Source of the DNA: an uncultured Collinsella sp.
Lineage (GTDB): Bacteria > Actinomycetota > Coriobacteriia > Coriobacteriales > Coriobacteriaceae
Reading direction: 5' to 3'
DNA: 56,890 bases
NCBI GenBank assembly: GCA_900544225.1
Contig: UQUD01000001.1
Span: 1-56,890 of the forward strand
The notes beneath the pieces were generated by a model that searched no databases, was not told the origin of the DNA, and was given only the letters and a program-made list of their open reading frames with translations. The first letter of the stretch is position 1. Each line of letters begins with the position of its first letter. Both the position numbers and the translations under genes were made by a program. Positions 40,630 through 49,579 of the stretch are shown one piece after another.

Positions 40630-40632
40630 GCG

Positions 40633-40662
40633 ATGCGACAAAGGGGCACCCCTTTGTCGCAT
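40633..40662. repeat. REP-like palindrome, GACAAAGG family
   Basis: ATGCGACAAAGGGG-CA-CCCCTTTGTCGCAT, between convergent genes. Confidence 0.85.
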
Positions 40663-40668
40663 TGACTT

Positions 40669-41769
40669 CTATTTCACGCATTGAGCTGCGAGATAGTCGC
40701 GGAAGAATGGCAATTCAAATGCGACGAGCCCTCGTCCTCGCTCCCCGATGATGCCGGCGTCTATCATGCGGCGTCGGTAGCGGGAGACCTGCTGCGGCGA
40801 ACGCTTAAGGCGCTCGACAAGGTCAGCGGTGGTGGACTCTTCCTCGTCATCGAGCATGGCGATGAGGAATCGCTTGTCCTCTGCCGTGAGTTCCCGATAG
40901 GTTGCCGCGAGGATTCGGTCGTCCATCTCGTCGCGCGCGATTTTGATTCCCAGGTCAAAGTCGCGTGACGAGATTTCCTTCGAATCGCTTGTGAGGTCCC
41001 AGGCACGGTAGCCTACGAGTTGCAATAGGAAGGGAAAGCCAGAGATCGAGCGAACGGCTCGATCGATTCCCTCAGCATCTGCCAGGCGATCGTTTTCCTG
41101 GATTGTGCGAATCAAGGCCTCGCGCACGTCATAGTCGGCAATGCGGCCCAGATGATATTGTTGGGCGCGGCGAAGGAACGAGACCGTCTTGTGGTTCAGT
41201 AGCGTCGATACGTTGTTGGGAAGTCCCGCCATGAGCAGGGCGACGCGTTTCCCATCGGTCACAAAGTGCTGATACGTCGCTGCGAGCTGAATCATCTCGT
41301 TGAGTGTCGGGTCCACCTCGTCAACCGTGACGAGCAGACCGGTGCCCGCCTCGTTGAGCTGGTCGATGATGTCGCTCATGCGATAACGCCAGGTTGAGGC
41401 ATCGTGAACGCGATTGACCTCGATGCTGCCGAGCGGTGCAATTCCGAGACCGGTGACTTCGAAGTGGCTGGACGAGTCGATGAGATGGGCTGCGGCGCGT
41501 TTCGCCCCGAACTCGATTTCCTCAAGCATTCCCGGGAGCGCGGTCGTCTTTACGGCTATCCAGCCGTGGGATTCCGCCCTTGTCGCGAGCGACGACATGA
41601 GAGCGGTTTTACCGGTTCCACGCGCGCCTGAGAAGATCGAGGTCAATTCTGGGCGCCTGCGCTGGCTCAAGAAGGCGCGGTCCAAATCCCGAATAATCTG
41701 TTGTCTGCCAGCGAGATGGGCAGGAACCTCGCCAAAACTGGGGGTAAATGGGTTCTCGAGATATTTCAC
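40669..41769 (-). CDS. AAA (archaeal-type/AAA_16-like) ATPase with C-terminal wHTH
   Basis: NPFTP, LAGRQ, GARGTGKT, VTVDEVD, FLRRA, GFPFLLQL; paralog of 37005..38123. Confidence 0.85.
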   Translation of the reverse strand: MKYLENPFTPSFGEVPAHLAGRQQIIRDLDRAFLSQRRRPELTSIFSGARGTGKTALMSSLATRAESHGWIAVKTTALPGMLEEIEFGAKRAAAHLIDSSSHFEVTGLGIAPLGSIEVNRVHDASTWRYRMSDIIDQLNEAGTGLLVTVDEVDPTLNEMIQLAATYQHFVTDGKRVALLMAGLPNNVSTLLNHKTVSFLRRAQQYHLGRIADYDVREALIRTIQENDRLADAEGIDRAVRSISGFPFLLQLVGYRAWDLTSDSKEISSRDFDLGIKIARDEMDDRILAATYRELTAEDKRFLIAMLDDEEESTTADLVERLKRSPQQVSRYRRRMIDAGIIGERGRGLVAFELPFFRDYLAAQCVK

Positions 41770-41884
41770 AAGGCTCTCCTTTCACACCGCCGTTTAATTT
41801 CATTTTACTTTAGTTAATTCTGATTAAAAGTGACGGCTCGTTATCTAGAGCATTAATTAGGTGTGTGCCGTCGGCGTGGCGCTT

Positions 41885-41919
41885 GAATGTGACAAAGGGA
41901 CAGCCCCTTTGTCACATTC
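41885..41919. repeat. REP-like palindrome, GACAAAGG family, overlapping trmL stop
   Basis: GAATGTGACAAAGGG-ACAGC-CCCTTTGTCACATTC. Confidence 0.9.
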
Positions 41920-42511
41920 CCGGAAAGCCTGTTTGGCGCAGCGCCTCGTAGAGGACGATGGCGGCGCTGTTGGAGAGGTTGAGTGCGCTGATACGATAGT
42001 CGTCCGGATTGACGAAGTTGCCGCAGATATCCTGCTGAAGGATGGCCTCGTGGCTGTCCTCGGTATGCCCGAGCGATTCCTCGTGAGCTTCCCAAGCTTC
42101 GGCGTTATCGAGTGAGTCGCAATCGCGCAGCATGGGGATGCGCTCGCAGCGCTCGGGCGCCGCGGCAAGCAGTGGCTCGGGAATGCCCGAGCTCTCGCTG
42201 CCAAAGACCAAATAGTCACCGTCGCGGTAGGTGCTTTGCGCATAGGTGCGGCGTGCCTTTTTGGTCAGCAGATGCAGGCGGCCATCGGCGGGGGAGAGGC
42301 CGTTGCGCGCAAGGAAATCCTCCCAGTCGGCATAGGTCGTCACGTCCAAGTTTTGCCAGTAGCCCAGGCCGGCGCGACGTACCGTCTTGTCGTCGAGCGA
42401 AAAGCCCAGTGGCTCCACCAGATGCAGACGGGCGCCGGCGACCACGCAGGTACGGCCGATATTGCCCGTATTGGCCGGAATCTCGGGCGCATACAGCACG
42501 ATATTGAACAT
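41912..42511 (-). CDS. trmL: tRNA (cytidine/uridine-34-2'-O)-methyltransferase TrmL with internal insertion
   Basis: MFNIVLYAPEIPANTGNIGRTC, RRAGLGYW, FGSESSGIP, LNLSNSAAIVLYEALRQ; AAGGAG RBS. Confidence 0.9.
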   Translation of the reverse strand: MFNIVLYAPEIPANTGNIGRTCVVAGARLHLVEPLGFSLDDKTVRRAGLGYWQNLDVTTYADWEDFLARNGLSPADGRLHLLTKKARRTYAQSTYRDGDYLVFGSESSGIPEPLLAAAPERCERIPMLRDCDSLDNAEAWEAHEESLGHTEDSHEAILQQDICGNFVNPDDYRISALNLSNSAAIVLYEALRQTGFPGM

Positions 42512-42534
42512 GAATCTCCTTGGCTCAGAACGAA

Positions 42535-42573
42535 AAACCACCACGAAGGGGACAGGCACCTTCGTGGTGGTTT
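42535..42573. repeat. REP-like palindrome with GGGGACAG tag
   Basis: AAACCACCACGAAGG-GGACAGGCA-CCTTCGTGGTGGTTT. Confidence 0.8.
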
Positions 42574-42612
42574 GGCGGTTACGTAGGCGGAAAAATACCC
42601 GCTTGGATAAAC

Positions 42613-43743
42613 CTAGGCGCGGTGCCAGTCGGTCAGGCAGGCATCGAGGGAGGCGATGAGCGCATCCTTGTCCATGTGACGGCCGATGATGCACAGGCTC
42701 GTCATGCGGTCGCCCGTCTCGTCGTCCCAAATCTGCATGATTTCGGGGTTCTCGTCGATGATCTTCTGCTTCTCGCCCTCGGGCGCCGAGTCGACAAACA
42801 GGCCGTTCTCCATCAGGCGCATCTGGTGGCCGGCCTGCTCAAACATGTAGCACATGTCCGGATCGCCAGTCTGCCACAGCGGACCTTTGACGCGGATGAC
42901 CTCGTCGGGCCACTCCTGCTCAACAAAATCGGTGAACTTCTGCAGGTCAAACGGCTTGCGGCGCGAGTACACAAAGGTCTCGATGTCGTACTCGAGCACC
43001 TCGGGGTCGTCGTGCTCTTCGGGATGCTCCATGGCCTCGATCCAGGCGGCGGAGTTGTAGGCGCGCATAAAGTCGAAGCGGTCGGTATCGAGCAGCTCCT
43101 CCATGGGGACCTCGCCGTTTTGGGCCTCGACGATCACGGCGTCTTTCTGCAGGCTGCGCACGATGGCCTTGAGCTCGGCGATCTGCTCAGGGCTCACGGT
43201 ATCGGTCTTGTTGAGGATCAGCGTGGAGCAAAACTCGATCTGCTGGATGAGCAGGCTCTCGATGTCGTCCTCGTCGATATCCTCAGCCAGCAGGTCGCGG
43301 CCGCCGTTGAACTCGTCGTACATGCGGGCGCAGTCGACCACGGCCACGATGTTGTCGAGCGCGAGCTTGGGCTCGCCGCCCACCTTGGCCTCGTCGCAGA
43401 AGCTCGAGATGGTGTAGGCGATGGGGATAGGCTCGCAAATGCCCGAAGCCTCGATGATGATGTAGTCGAACTTGCCCGAATCGGCGATGCCCTGCAGCTG
43501 GTTAGCAAGGTCGTCCGAAAGCGTGCAGCAGATGCAGCCGTTGGTGAGCGGGATGAGGTCGTCGGTCTCGGAAAGGCCGCCGTCGGCGATGAGGCTGGCG
43601 TCGACGTTGATCTCGCCGATATCGTTGACGATCACGGCGGCGCGGATGCCGCCGTCGTTAGCGAGGATGTGGTTGAGCAGCGTGGTCTTGCCGGCACCGA
43701 GGTATCCGGTAAGCATGATAATCTTCACGGGTTTGTTGGGCAT
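42613..43743 (-). CDS. COG0523/CobW-family metal-chaperone GTPase
   Basis: TGYLGAGKTT, VNDIGEINVD, NGCICC, IEASG, LNKTD, RVKG. Confidence 0.93.
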   Translation of the reverse strand: MPNKPVKIIMLTGYLGAGKTTLLNHILANDGGIRAAVIVNDIGEINVDASLIADGGLSETDDLIPLTNGCICCTLSDDLANQLQGIADSGKFDYIIIEASGICEPIPIAYTISSFCDEAKVGGEPKLALDNIVAVVDCARMYDEFNGGRDLLAEDIDEDDIESLLIQQIEFCSTLILNKTDTVSPEQIAELKAIVRSLQKDAVIVEAQNGEVPMEELLDTDRFDFMRAYNSAAWIEAMEHPEEHDDPEVLEYDIETFVYSRRKPFDLQKFTDFVEQEWPDEVIRVKGPLWQTGDPDMCYMFEQAGHQMRLMENGLFVDSAPEGEKQKIIDENPEIMQIWDDETGDRMTSLCIIGRHMDKDALIASLDACLTDWHRA

Positions 43744-43829
43744 GTGCCCTCCTTTGTTAGACATGGCTTACAGTTAAATCTTATGCCAAACGCCTGCTCT
43801 TATACCCACGAGCCGGCAAATAACACAGG

Positions 43830-44171
43830 CTACTCCCAGGCTCCCCATACATCAGGGCAATAACCGACGGTGGCCTTTTTGCCGTTGCGCACGATGGGCT
43901 CGGCTAGAACCTGCTGGTTTTCGAGCAGTTTGTCGAAGCGCTGGCTAGGGGTGAGGTGCTGGATGAGCGCGAGCGTCTCCTCGTCCTTGGCCTTGGGGTT
44001 GAGCAGCTTGTCGATGTCGCCGACCACCTGCATCACGCTCGTGAGTTCGCCCTTGCTCATCTCCTTTTCCCTAAGGTCAATAAACTGCACCTTAATGCGG
44101 CGCTCCTTAAAATAGCGCTGGGCCTTCTTGGTATCGAAAGACTTTTTGGTTCCAAAAATCTGGATATTCAT
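43830..44171 (-). CDS. ArsC/Spx family protein
   Basis: MNIQIFGTKKSFDTKKAQRYFKER, PIVRNG. Confidence 0.85.
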   Translation of the reverse strand: MNIQIFGTKKSFDTKKAQRYFKERRIKVQFIDLREKEMSKGELTSVMQVVGDIDKLLNPKAKDEETLALIQHLTPSQRFDKLLENQQVLAEPIVRNGKKATVGYCPDVWGAWE

Positions 44172-44182
44172 GCTCCGCCGCT

Positions 44183-44809
44183 CTATCGAATGAAGTTGGT
44201 CGTTGCTCGATCTGCCTCGGGTGCGTTGATACCGGCGGCCTGTCCTGCCTCGATACAGCGCAGGAGCCAGGCCATGTTTTTGCCGATGTTTCGCATGGTG
44301 GCAAGGCCCTCGGCATCCCCATCGGCGTCGCCGGGCACGCGGCCAAACACGTTGTTCCAGTAGGTGGAGGCAACCACAGGCATTTGCTTAATGGTGAAGT
44401 ACTTGTTGAGCACATCGAACGTGGTCGACGTGCCGCCGCGACGGGCGACGGCGACCGCGGCGCCGGGCTTGTGCTCAAAGGCATGCCCGCCTGCATAGAA
44501 GGCGCGATCGAGGGCTGAGAGGATGCGTCCGCTGGGATGCGCATAGTAGACGGGGGAGCCAAAGACAAAGCCATCTGCCTGCTCGGCGGCAGCGATGAGC
44601 TCGTTCACCACGTCGTCGTCAAAGGTGCAGCGACCGCCAAGCTTGCCGCACTGGCCGCAACCGATGCAGTCGCGAATGGGCTTGGCGCCCAGCTGGAACA
44701 CCTCGGTATCGATGCCCTCGGCGTTGAGTTGCTCGGAGACCTCGGCGAGTGCGCGGGCGGTATTGCCGTTTGCCTTGGGACTGCCATTGACCAAAAGAAC
44801 CTTCATCAC
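44183..44809 (-). CDS. iron-sulfur flavoprotein/NADPH-FMN reductase family
   Basis: NGSPKANGNT, CIGCGQC...C, GSPVYY. Confidence 0.9.
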   Translation of the reverse strand: MMKVLLVNGSPKANGNTARALAEVSEQLNAEGIDTEVFQLGAKPIRDCIGCGQCGKLGGRCTFDDDVVNELIAAAEQADGFVFGSPVYYAHPSGRILSALDRAFYAGGHAFEHKPGAAVAVARRGGTSTTFDVLNKYFTIKQMPVVASTYWNNVFGRVPGDADGDAEGLATMRNIGKNMAWLLRCIEAGQAAGINAPEADRATTNFIR

Positions 44810-44880
44810 AAACTCCCTCTGCTGTTGGTGACTTCTGCAGAGGATTATCGCACGATGGGGGAGGCGGTGCGGGCGCGGTG

Positions 44881-46410
44881 CTAATCCAGTTTGGTACCTG
44901 GCACCTGCACGGCTTTACCGAGCAACGCTTTGAGCTCGTTCAAAATGGAAACGGGCTGTCGATTGACAGCGTCCAGATGAAGCGTCGCCACACGAATGGG
45001 CGGCTGATATTCAAGCGAGCCGATGAGCACGGGAGAACCCAGGAACCGCTCGATTTCGTCTGCGATCGCATCGGTCTCTTCGGGATCAAAGTCATCGAAA
45101 AGCGCCACGAACATTGGTCCCGTCGAGCGGAACAAGCGACCCTTGCCGCGCGAACAGTCCATGAGGCAGGCGGCGCTTTCGGCGAGCACGCGGTCGCCTG
45201 CATCGAATCCAAAGCGGGCATTGACTTCGGCGATATCGTCGACCTTAATGGCAATAAAGCCTGCCTCGCGCGCCACGCGGCGCATCTCTCCAATAGCGTT
45301 GACCAGCGCGTGGACATCGCCCAGGCCCGTTACCGAGTCGGTCGTATCTGCCAAGCTTCGGTTGATGATAATGCCCACATACATGCTGGGCTCGGTATCG
45401 GTGCCGTCCAAACGGTAGCCCGTGCAGTCGCAAAGCACGTATTTTCCGGTGGCATCCATTACGCGATACTGCATGTAATGGAAGTGCCACGTGCCGTTTA
45501 TCACCATGTCGAGCTCGGCGCGTACGTTGTCGCGGTCCTCGGGATGAACGCGGGCGAGCCACATGTCGAGTGAGTTAAAGGGGTGCTGGGAGGGCAGGTC
45601 AAAATCGCGCACGGCGTTAACCGACCATTGCGATTCTCCCGTATCGAGGTTAAGGATGAACGGATAGCGTGTCTCGGAGCTCATGGAGATCGCTTGGAAC
45701 ACCCGGTCGTTGCAGGGAAGCTGATCGACGATTGGGCGTTGCGGCGCGTCATTGTCTTTCGGTTGCTGCACACGATGCATAAGCTTATAGCGATACATCT
45801 TGCGATCGGCATCCATCGTCATCTGGCGACGCGTGTCGCCGGCAAGTGGATCGACGCGCGAGCAGCCAAAGCTAAAGCTGGCGATCATGGGCGCCTTGCC
45901 ACCTGAGCTCGCCTCGATCAGCCCGGCACGTACCCGCTCCAAGCGCTGCTCGAGTTCGGTCTCGTTTGCGGAGAGCGAGATGAGCACAAACTCGTCTCCA
46001 CCGATACGGAACAGCATCTCATCGTGCTCCATGGTTTCGGAGAGCGTGCGGCAGATGCTCAGAATATAGCGATTGCCTTCGGCGTGGCCAAACCTATCAT
46101 TGCAATGTTTGAGATGGTCGATGTCAATATAGGCGCAGGTGAAGGGGTCACCTTTGTGCCAGAGTTGCTCGACGTGACGGTCGAGTCCGCCGCGGTTGCC
46201 CAAGTTGGTGAGCGGGTCGATATAGGCGTTGCTCTCAAGCAGCCGGCGCTCTTGTTGCAGGATGGCATGCGTCTTTTGCAGTTGCTCGCCAACGGCGCGC
46301 AGCTCAGCAGGCAGCGCGGCAACATCGAGTTCGGCGGTCGAGATGCCATTCGCAAGTCGCTGAAGATAGGCAATAATCGATTGCTCGCCCAGGCGATATG
46401 ACTCGTTCAT
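44881..46410 (-). CDS. GGDEF-PAS-degenerate GGDEF diguanylate cyclase
   Basis: DPLTNLGNR, DIDHLKHCNDRFGHAEG, RIGGDEF, VHPED; AAGGAGG RBS. Confidence 0.88.
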   Translation of the reverse strand: MNESYRLGEQSIIAYLQRLANGISTAELDVAALPAELRAVGEQLQKTHAILQQERRLLESNAYIDPLTNLGNRGGLDRHVEQLWHKGDPFTCAYIDIDHLKHCNDRFGHAEGNRYILSICRTLSETMEHDEMLFRIGGDEFVLISLSANETELEQRLERVRAGLIEASSGGKAPMIASFSFGCSRVDPLAGDTRRQMTMDADRKMYRYKLMHRVQQPKDNDAPQRPIVDQLPCNDRVFQAISMSSETRYPFILNLDTGESQWSVNAVRDFDLPSQHPFNSLDMWLARVHPEDRDNVRAELDMVINGTWHFHYMQYRVMDATGKYVLCDCTGYRLDGTDTEPSMYVGIIINRSLADTTDSVTGLGDVHALVNAIGEMRRVAREAGFIAIKVDDIAEVNARFGFDAGDRVLAESAACLMDCSRGKGRLFRSTGPMFVALFDDFDPEETDAIADEIERFLGSPVLIGSLEYQPPIRVATLHLDAVNRQPVSILNELKALLGKAVQVPGTKLD

Positions 46411-46537
46411 GATGGATAACCTCCTTGGGCGGAACAACGGTTTGTATCATATCCCCAATTCGGTTTGAACTGGGGATATAAGTTAGCTAATGGAGACAAA
46501 TGCCCCCTTCGGCGGTGGCGTTTTGCGCGCGAGCGTA

Positions 46538-49255
46538 TCAGTTGTTATTGCCGCCATCGAGCAATGCCTCAAAATCCTTCGCCGGCATGGGGCGGTAGTA
46601 GAGGAAGCCCTGAGCGTAGCGGGCACCCATGTGGCGTAGCATGTTTGCCTGCTCATCTGTCTCGACGCCTTCGATTACAATGGGCAGATGGAGCGACTGC
46701 GCCATCTCGAGCATCGATGACACGATCTGCGCGCTGCGGCCTTGATCGCGGTCGGTGGGCACAAAGGTGCGGTCGAGCTTGATGACGTCGACATTGACGT
46801 TCTTGAGCATCGCGAGCGTGGACTGACCGGTGCCAAAATCGTCCATATAGGTCGAGAAGCCGCGGGTGTGCAAGTCGGCTGTCAGTTTGTCCACGGCTTC
46901 GGACTCTCCCGTATAAGCCGTCTCGGTGATCTCGATGCGCATGAGCTCGGGCGGCAGGTTGTATTGGGCGGCGAGCGATCCCATATGCTCGGCAACGTCG
47001 CAGGCAAGAATGTCCACGCGAGACACATTAAGCGAGACCGGAACCACGCGAAGACCGCGATCGAGACGCTCGCGAAGCCATATGGCGACACCCTGCCAAA
47101 TGTACTTGTCGAGCGTCACCACAAAGCCGCTTTCCTCGAGTGCAGGGATAAACGTTGCGGGCGAAATGAGAGAGCCGTCCTTGTCAATCCAGCGCGTAAG
47201 TGCCTCGGCGCCAATGATCTCGCCGGTTTCCATATCGACCTGGGGCTGCAGGTAGTACGTGATGCGGCCATTTGAGAGCGCGTACTGGAACTCGGTCAGC
47301 GTGCGGTGGAACGCAATCTCGTGTTCATATTCTTCGGGGCGGAAAATAGCAATGCGCTCCTTGAAGTCGTTTTTGGCGCGTCGATTGGTAAACATGGCCT
47401 TTGCCTGCGCATCGATGGTGATCTCCTCATTGGAGTCGATGGGGTAAATGCCCATGGACGGCCAAAAACCTACGCCGTCATCATGCCTGGCTACTGCCTC
47501 GCGAACGCGGTTGTAGATTTGATGGACGGTGATGTGCTTAAAGGGGATGAGTACGCAAAAGTCATCTTGGCCCCAGTACCCTGCGACGCCCATATCGGCA
47601 TTCTCGATGTCCTTGAGGACCGTGCCCACATCGGCGAGTACGCGGTCGCCCTCGGCCTGGCCGTGCCATTCATTAAACAGGCGCATGTGACCCATGTCGA
47701 CGGTGGCGATGCACCAGGTGTCGTCGCGCCTTGCCTCGAGAAATGCGTTGGCGCGCCGCATAAACTCGCTGGGTCGATAGAGGCCCGTGAGCGAGTCGAT
47801 ACGTTCGGCGATGGCGCTTTTGCGCTCCGCCTCGGGTATGGGGAGGCTGTCGTTGGGAACAAGCCCGCCGGCCGTGCGAAGGCGACGGTCGAGTTCGCCT
47901 AAAACGGCGGTCGCTTGATGGGCTAAGTGCTCGTAAAAGGCCGGGACGACAAGGCAGACGGGAGTAATGGTGTCGCCTGCGATTTGAACAGGAGCGAAAA
48001 CGGCCTCTTTAAGGTGGCGGGTCAGTTGCTCGAATGCCTCGTGGTCCAAATCGTTGCTGAGCACGACGAACTGGACGCTTCGTGAACGGAAGACCCGGCT
48101 TCTGCCGCGGGTGATCGACAGCATGCGGCCTGCGTATTCGGCAAGCATGTTGTCGACAGCCTCGGCCCCGTAGAGCTCGTTGAGATTCGCCGTGCCACGA
48201 ATGCGCACCGCTATAAGCCCCGTCTCGCAGCGGTCGCGACGGCAGGCATCGATAGCGTTGACCAGCATGCGCTGCGTTCCGAGGCCTGTGGCGGCATCGA
48301 CGGTTTCGGCAAGCGAGTGGTTGACGAGTTCGCCGACATAGAGCGAGGGGACATTTCCGTCGCCGTCGATGCGAAACCCGCGAGCACGGCAGAGAACGTA
48401 GTCACCCGCGGCATTGCGCATGCGGTACTGCATGACGCGGCGGTGTTTGGAGCCGTTAAAGATCTGGTTGATGTCGTTGGCGTAGGCCTCGAGGTCATCG
48501 GGATGGACGCGCGTCTTCCAGAAATCGCGGCAGCTGTCTATGTGCTCCGAAGGAAGACCGAGATTGCGCAAGGCACCTTGCGACCAAAGGGTGCGGTCCT
48601 TGTCCAAGTTCTCGATAAAGAAATAACGGCCCTCGTTGAGCATCGAAAAAGCGTCGAAAATACGATCGCTTATTTCGAAGTCGTCGGCGTGGACTTGCGT
48701 AATATTGCGCCGATCGAGGTGCATGGCATGACGTAGCTTGTAGTCGTACATGCGATGGTCGGCATCGAGTGTCATGCGATTGGAGGCTTCGCCCAGGGCG
48801 GGGTCGGCGTGTGCCACTCCGTAGCTAAACGAGTGGGGCATCTCGGAATCGTTGTTTTTGAGCAGGATCGTTCGGCAGTGTTCCAGACGTTCGGCGAGGT
48901 CGTCCTCGGTCGCAATCGTAGATAGGATGGCAAACTCGTCGCCTCCCAGACGAAATGCCGCCTCGTCTACCTTCATATACAGCTTGAGATAAAGGCTTAC
49001 CTGCAAGATATAGCGGTTGCCCTCGTCATGGCCAAAGACATCGTTGCAGTGCTTGAGATTGTCGATATCGATGAACGCCATGGTAACGGGGGCGTCCTGC
49101 TCCCAGAGCTCCTCGAGGGAGCGGGCAAAGCCGCCGCGGTTGCCAAGTCCGGTAAGCTGGTCGGTAAAGGCGGTCCTAATCAGATCATCCTGACGCTCGA
49201 GAAGGTCGCGGACGGTCTTTTCGAGCGTTTCGGTGTAATTGCTGACAGTATCCAT
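46538..49255 (-). CDS. GGDEF-PAS-GGDEF-GGDEF-EAL protein
   Basis: RLGGDEF, VHPDD, two degenerate GGDEF domains, GAEALTRW, MDDFGTG, IEGVET. Confidence 0.9.
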   Translation of the reverse strand: MDTVSNYTETLEKTVRDLLERQDDLIRTAFTDQLTGLGNRGGFARSLEELWEQDAPVTMAFIDIDNLKHCNDVFGHDEGNRYILQVSLYLKLYMKVDEAAFRLGGDEFAILSTIATEDDLAERLEHCRTILLKNNDSEMPHSFSYGVAHADPALGEASNRMTLDADHRMYDYKLRHAMHLDRRNITQVHADDFEISDRIFDAFSMLNEGRYFFIENLDKDRTLWSQGALRNLGLPSEHIDSCRDFWKTRVHPDDLEAYANDINQIFNGSKHRRVMQYRMRNAAGDYVLCRARGFRIDGDGNVPSLYVGELVNHSLAETVDAATGLGTQRMLVNAIDACRRDRCETGLIAVRIRGTANLNELYGAEAVDNMLAEYAGRMLSITRGRSRVFRSRSVQFVVLSNDLDHEAFEQLTRHLKEAVFAPVQIAGDTITPVCLVVPAFYEHLAHQATAVLGELDRRLRTAGGLVPNDSLPIPEAERKSAIAERIDSLTGLYRPSEFMRRANAFLEARRDDTWCIATVDMGHMRLFNEWHGQAEGDRVLADVGTVLKDIENADMGVAGYWGQDDFCVLIPFKHITVHQIYNRVREAVARHDDGVGFWPSMGIYPIDSNEEITIDAQAKAMFTNRRAKNDFKERIAIFRPEEYEHEIAFHRTLTEFQYALSNGRITYYLQPQVDMETGEIIGAEALTRWIDKDGSLISPATFIPALEESGFVVTLDKYIWQGVAIWLRERLDRGLRVVPVSLNVSRVDILACDVAEHMGSLAAQYNLPPELMRIEITETAYTGESEAVDKLTADLHTRGFSTYMDDFGTGQSTLAMLKNVNVDVIKLDRTFVPTDRDQGRSAQIVSSMLEMAQSLHLPIVIEGVETDEQANMLRHMGARYAQGFLYYRPMPAKDFEALLDGGNNN

Positions 49256-49579
49256 GTTCTAAGCGGCTTTCTTAGGTCGGGGCGGATTGCGTCGGGCGAG
49301 CTCGTTGTGTACACGCGTCGTTACTCGGCGTCTTGCGTGTATCCAGGCCCCCGTCTTGCTGCGTTGTTGGGTTACTTTGCCGACGAATGTTCGCTGTTGA
49401 TAACTGCTGAGTAGTATAAACAACAGTGCAAAATTATATAGGGGTGCACATGCTGTGGGTGGCTATTATTCGACAAACGGCAGCGCGATGATGCGATGTT
49501 CGATAAAAATGCGACTGGGGCGGTATATGTTGATGGGTATACTTGTCCCGGTTAAAAACGCAGGAACGGAGATGGTCGC

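Noticed and set aside
49256..49420. c-di-GMP-I riboswitch in the GGDEF/EAL leader
   Set aside because: GGCAAA and CGCAAG-like words occur on the minus strand, but I could not build a P2 stem with a GNRA tetraloop.
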